A stretch of 58,998 bases of DNA, counting the filler. It is 7 parts of 7 records of this genome, joined end to end, with 100 filler letters (N's around TTAATTAATTAA, not from the genome) between each part and the next. Parts side by side here need not be neighbours in the genome. Positions count along the whole stretch, not along the records: positions 45,192 to 58,998 come from SRR31147125_35788; 6 more parts are not named here. The stretch is one strand, 5' to 3'. Under the pieces are notes generated by a model that ran no database searches, was not told the origin of the DNA, and saw only the letters and a list, made by a program, of their open reading frames with translations. The position numbers and the translations under genes were made by a program. This document shows positions 54,701 to 58,998 of this stretch, in pieces. Every line of letters begins with the position of its first letter. Position 1 is the stretch's first letter.

Positions 54701-55387
54701 ATGAATAATAAAACTTTTTGGCATCTTTTTGTTCCCACGCTTTTATTTCTGTTGACAAATTGCGATAAAGAAACTGCTGAAATGACGCAGGAGAGGATGG
54801 AATACCAGAACAAGATAAAAGCTCATCGAATGGCCAAAGACAGCTCATTTATAGCATCTGAAAATTCACCCATTCCGGCAAAAGAACGAAAAAATTTTAC
54901 AGGAGTGCATTATTTTCCGGTACAATCAAAATATAAAATAGAATGTAATTTAATCAAAACTTCTGTTCCTGACACATTTGATATTTTGACCAGCAAAGGA
55001 ATTAAACGCCCTGCTATTCATTATGGTTATTTTGTATTTATTTTGGAAAATCAATCAAACAGATTAAATGTTTACAAACTGCTCGACATTCAGGATAAAT
55101 ACCCGAATTACTTGTTCCTGCCCTTTCTTGATGCAACATCCGGTAAACAGAGCTATGGAGGAGGTCGATATCTGGATTTTCAGGAAAACGAATCGGATAT
55201 CTATACTTTAGATTTTAACCTGGCCTATAATCCTTTGTGCGCTTATGGCAGGGACATATACAGATGCCCAATCCCACCTGCTGAAAATACCCTCTCTATT
55301 GCTATTAAATCTGGAGAAAAAAATGGCATTAAGACAACATCAAAAAAATCACAAATAATACTCTTAATGGATAGTTATGACATATAA
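54701..55387 (+). CDS. DUF1684 family exported protein
   Basis: SPIP, LFLPFLDATSG, YGGGRYL, DFNLAYNPLCAY, CPIPP, GEK; true stop is probably ~55339 after A-run repair. Confidence 0.85.
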   Translation: MNNKTFWHLFVPTLLFLLTNCDKETAEMTQERMEYQNKIKAHRMAKDSSFIASENSPIPAKERKNFTGVHYFPVQSKYKIECNLIKTSVPDTFDILTSKGIKRPAIHYGYFVFILENQSNRLNVYKLLDIQDKYPNYLFLPFLDATSGKQSYGGGRYLDFQENESDIYTLDFNLAYNPLCAYGRDIYRCPIPPAENTLSIAIKSGEKNGIKTTSKKSQIILLMDSYDI

Positions 55388-55502
55388 CACCAAAACAGGC
55401 TTTTAAAATTTGCTTGACATTTACGCTCTTTACTTTTATCTTATTTCTCATGTTCTTTTAAAAATAAAATGATGTTATTTTTCCACTTTAGAGGAATATC
55501 TT

Positions 55503-57029
55503 TTGCCAACGCTTGTTTCTAACTTTGCCAGTACAGCAGAAAATTTACCAAATCAGACAGCTCTTATATTTAATGAAAAAAAAATTGATTATGGACAACT
55601 AAATGAGGCTATAAAAAGATTTGCGAAAGGTCTACTTGACCTTGGAATCGTAAAAGGTGATAGAGTCGCGTTAATGATGCCAAATGTCCCCCATTTTTGC
55701 ATTAGTTACTATGCAATACTTCAAATCGGTGCTGTCGTTGTACCCATAAATATCATGTACAATAAAAAGGAGATTCAATACCATCTTCAGGATTGTGGCG
55801 TCAAACTTGTCATTGCCTGGTCTGGATTTAGTTCTGAAGTCCTCCCAGCTGTTCAGGCAACAGCCTCATGTCAGGAAGTTCTCTTTTTAGGCCAGAAAAT
55901 ACCTCAAGGTACAAAAGCTCTTACGCAAATTATAGCTCAAGCCGAACCACTGAGCGAAGAGATAGAAATTTCCCCAACAGATCTTGCTGTCATTAATTAC
56001 ACGTCAGGAATTGCAAACGAAGCTCTCGGTTCAGAACTAACACACGAGGCATTGGTCACCAATGCAATAACGTGCCATCGAATGTTTCATGTTTCATCAA
56101 CCGACAATATTATCTCTGTCCTCCCACTTTTTCACCCACTTGGACAAACGTTGCTGATGAACAGCTCTTTTTTTGTTGGTGCGTCTGTAATATTATTACC
56201 CAAATTCGATCCACAGGAATTGATAAAACTTGTTGAGAATTATAAAGCTTCTTTTTTGGCGGCCGTACCAGATATGTACAGAAGCTTATCCCAATTGACT
56301 GACCTTTCAAACCCGGTTCCGACTCTAAGATATTGTTTGAGTTACGGTGGACGCCTTTCCAACGAAATGATTTCGATATTTGAATCCAAATTTGATGCTG
56401 TCATACTGGAAGCTTATGGATTGACAGAAGCCGCGCCACTTGTAACATGTAATCGAATAAATCAGGATAAAAAGCCAGGATCAGTTGGGCCACCGCTTGT
56501 CGGAGTCGAAATACAGATCAGGGGTCATAACGATCAGGTTCAAAAACCATTGATGAGTGGTGAAATCTGGATAAAAAGCCCCAGTGTCATGCAAGGTTAT
56601 TTTAATCATCCGGATGAAACCAGAATAAAACTAAAAGATGGCTGGCTTTTCTCAGGTGATATGGGCTATGTTGATGAAGACAATTTTCTTTTTATCCTGG
56701 CCCGAAAAGAAGATATCATAACTAAAGGTGGATTCGAGATTCTCCCGCATGTTGTTGAAGCGATTATTTTGGAACATTCTAATGTAGAAGAAGTCGCTAT
56801 TATTGCCGTACCTGACAAAATTCATGGCTCTGAAGTAAAAGCGTTTATTGTGACAAAAGACGGTGAACCAATAAACTATGATGACTTGTTTAAATTCTGT
56901 CAAAATTCCTTACCTATTTACAAAATTCCTAAATATGTCGAATTTTGTAAAAATTTACCTAAAAGTGCAACCGGTCGGGTTTTAAAACGCAACCTTCGCA
57001 TTGATTCCGAGAAATCAAAATCAAATTAG
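55503..57029 (+). CDS. AMP-binding (long-chain acyl-CoA ligase-like) protein with degenerate motifs
   Basis: GDRVA, LPLFH, YGLTE, GDMG; P-loop reads YTSGIANEALG and A10 reads SATGRV. Confidence 0.85.
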   Translation: MPTLVSNFASTAENLPNQTALIFNEKKIDYGQLNEAIKRFAKGLLDLGIVKGDRVALMMPNVPHFCISYYAILQIGAVVVPINIMYNKKEIQYHLQDCGVKLVIAWSGFSSEVLPAVQATASCQEVLFLGQKIPQGTKALTQIIAQAEPLSEEIEISPTDLAVINYTSGIANEALGSELTHEALVTNAITCHRMFHVSSTDNIISVLPLFHPLGQTLLMNSSFFVGASVILLPKFDPQELIKLVENYKASFLAAVPDMYRSLSQLTDLSNPVPTLRYCLSYGGRLSNEMISIFESKFDAVILEAYGLTEAAPLVTCNRINQDKKPGSVGPPLVGVEIQIRGHNDQVQKPLMSGEIWIKSPSVMQGYFNHPDETRIKLKDGWLFSGDMGYVDEDNFLFILARKEDIITKGGFEILPHVVEAIILEHSNVEEVAIIAVPDKIHGSEVKAFIVTKDGEPINYDDLFKFCQNSLPIYKIPKYVEFCKNLPKSATGRVLKRNLRIDSEKSKSN

Positions 57030-57142
57030 ATTCTGACAGAATTCTATCAATTTGTATATTTTTCATAACTATAAAACACTTAATACTTTGGGTGTAAAAA
57101 AAGGGCAATTTATTACACCCTCATAATTTTAGGAGGATGATG

Positions 57143-58998
57143 GTGAAAGAATTCGGTCCTAGTGAAGTAAGAAATATCGGCCTCGTTTCACACCAATCCA
57201 TAGGGAAAACATCCCTTGCAGAGGCTATGCTTTTTTCAGCCGGTATCACAAACCGTCTGGGAAATACGGATGATGGAACGACAACATCAGATTATCGCAC
57301 TGATGAAATTGAGAGAAAAATATCAATTAGCGCCTCACTTTTGAATTTTGAGTGGAAAAATAATAAAATAAATCTCATTGATTTGCCTGGTTACCTCGAC
57401 TTTCTGGGAGAAATAAAATGTGGTTTAAGTGTTTCCGACACGGCCGTCATATTATTGAATGGCGTTGATGGAGTAGAGGTTGGCACGGAAATCGCGTGGG
57501 ATGTATTGGAAGAATACAAAACATCTCGATTGTTTTTTGTCAATTTAATGGACAGAGAACGAGCTGATTTTGACAAAGTACTTCAGGATATTAAAGAAGC
57601 ATATGGCAACAATGTGGTTGCGACTCAATATCCTGTGAATGCTGGCGAAGGATTTAACAGTGTTATTGACCTGTTGAAAATGAAAAAAGTGACCTTTAAG
57701 GATGATTTGAGTGGAAAAGCCACAACAGAAGATATCCCTGCTGATTTAGTTGACAAAGCAAATGAATTGAGAAATGAACTCGTTGAAAAAATCGCCGAAA
57801 GTGATGACGAGATCCTGGAAAGATATTTTGAAGAAGGGGAATTATCTGACGAAGAAATTGCAAAAGGTTTAAAAATGGGAATCCAGGCCAGAAATGTCTT
57901 TCCGGCCCTGTGCGGAGCAGCCTCGAAGAATATCGGTACCTCTTTACTGCTTGATTTTATCGCCGAATATTGCCCCTCTCCTGCTGACTTGTCACCGTAC
58001 TCTATGCAAAATGCAGATGGAGAAGAAATAGAGGTTAAATGCGAAGAAGCAACACCCTTTTCAGCTCTTGTATTTAAAACACTCTCTGAAAAGCATGTCG
58101 GTGAACTCTCTCTGATTCGTGTCTATTCAGGCTCTATTAAATCCGGTGACGAAGTTTCCAATACAATTCGCAATACCAATGAAAAAATAGGCCAAATTTA
58201 TTCTTTAAATGGCAAGAATCGAAATGAAATTGGTATACTAAAAGCTGGTGATATCGGCGCCCTTGTTAAACTTAAAGACACCCATACTGGAAACACACTA
58301 TCAGATAAAAAAGTTAAAATTGCGTTTAAAGAAATTGATTTTCCTGAGCCTGTCGTGAGCGTTGCAGTTTCACCAAAAAGTAAGGGTGATGAAGAAAAAA
58401 TCGGTACTGGTCTGCACACAATCCACGAGATCGACCCCAGCTTTATGGTGAATATTGATCCGGAGTTAAGACAAACAGTCGTTTCAGGGCAAGGCGAACT
58501 TCACCTTGCTGTTATTATCCAGCGACTTAAAGAACGATATGGCGTCGAAGTTGAGCAAAAGAAACCGAAAATTCCCTATCGGGAAACCATCACGTCAAAA
58601 GCCGATGAAAAATATCGTCATAAAAAACAATCTGGTGGTGCCGGGCAATTCGCCGAGGTCTGGATGCGCATCGAACCCAAGCCAAAAGGTGAAGGTTTTG
58701 AATTTGCCAGCGAAGTTGTTGGCGGAGCCATTTCCTCTGTGTTTATCCCATCCATTGAAAAGGGTGTAAAACAAATTTTGGCCGAAGGCGCTGTTGCTGG
58801 TTACAAGATTGTGGATGTTAAAGCAATCGTCTATGACGGAAAAGAGCATCCGGTTGATTCAAAGGATATTGCCTTCCAGATCGCGGGTCGCGAGGTATTT
58901 AAAATGGCTATTAGAAAAGCGAAACCCATTCTGCTGGAACCGATCTATATTGTCGCTGTTAAATGTCCTGAAGAATATATGGGTGATGTTATGGGTGA
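57143..58998 (+). CDS. fusA: Elongation factor G paralog (EF-G II-like), runs off the window end
   Basis: AGGAGG RBS; RNIGLVSHQSIGKTS, ERKISI, DLPGYLDF, GQGELH, PYRETI, KKQSGGAGQF, LLEPI; missing from the ORF track because no stop is reached. Confidence 0.92.
   Translation, partial: MKEFGPSEVRNIGLVSHQSIGKTSLAEAMLFSAGITNRLGNTDDGTTTSDYRTDEIERKISISASLLNFEWKNNKINLIDLPGYLDFLGEIKCGLSVSDTAVILLNGVDGVEVGTEIAWDVLEEYKTSRLFFVNLMDRERADFDKVLQDIKEAYGNNVVATQYPVNAGEGFNSVIDLLKMKKVTFKDDLSGKATTEDIPADLVDKANELRNELVEKIAESDDEILERYFEEGELSDEEIAKGLKMGIQARNVFPALCGAASKNIGTSLLLDFIAEYCPSPADLSPYSMQNADGEEIEVKCEEATPFSALVFKTLSEKHVGELSLIRVYSGSIKSGDEVSNTIRNTNEKIGQIYSLNGKNRNEIGILKAGDIGALVKLKDTHTGNTLSDKKVKIAFKEIDFPEPVVSVAVSPKSKGDEEKIGTGLHTIHEIDPSFMVNIDPELRQTVVSGQGELHLAVIIQRLKERYGVEVEQKKPKIPYRETITSKADEKYRHKKQSGGAGQFAEVWMRIEPKPKGEGFEFASEVVGGAISSVFIPSIEKGVKQILAEGAVAGYKIVDVKAIVYDGKEHPVDSKDIAFQIAGREVFKMAIRKAKPILLEPIYIVAVKCPEEYMGDVMG

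Overview
This window is not one locus. It is seven unrelated contigs joined by six identical 100-bp artificial linkers (N44-TTAATTAATTAA-N44). Contigs 1-2 (1-14726) look clostridial/Oscillospiraceae-like and carry housekeeping genes (aminotransferase, trpS, WecA-like, two lepB, rbgA, rnhB, yraN, thrC, tig, clpP, clpX). Contig 3 (14827-27019, deltaproteobacterial-like) carries the notable element, a minus-strand four-gene operon next to ccdA. It encodes an unknown 277-aa protein, two paralogous DUF2791/BrxD-type ATPases and a reconstructed ~2290-aa fusion of an Lhr-like SF2 helicase, an Fe-S PD-(D/E)XK nuclease and a Dna2/Upf1-like SF1 helicase, and is a candidate Shango/BREX-related anti-phage system. 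Contig 4 is spirochaete-like (smc, ffh-rpsP-khpA-rimM-trmD-rplS, FlhB-like, HD-GYP-like). Contig 5 has a CoA-transferase, a DHH-CBS tRNA nucleotidyltransferase and trpS. Contig 6 has an M16C and an M23 peptidase. Contig 7 (lower GC) has a GH38 mannosidase, YitT, DUF1611, a 2-hydroxyacid dehydrogenase, Nramp, DUF1684, an atypical acyl-CoA ligase and an EF-G paralog. Many genes are broken by single-base deletions in homopolymer runs, which points to systematic sequencing error rather than pseudogenisation. Taxonomic labels are inferred from gene content only.
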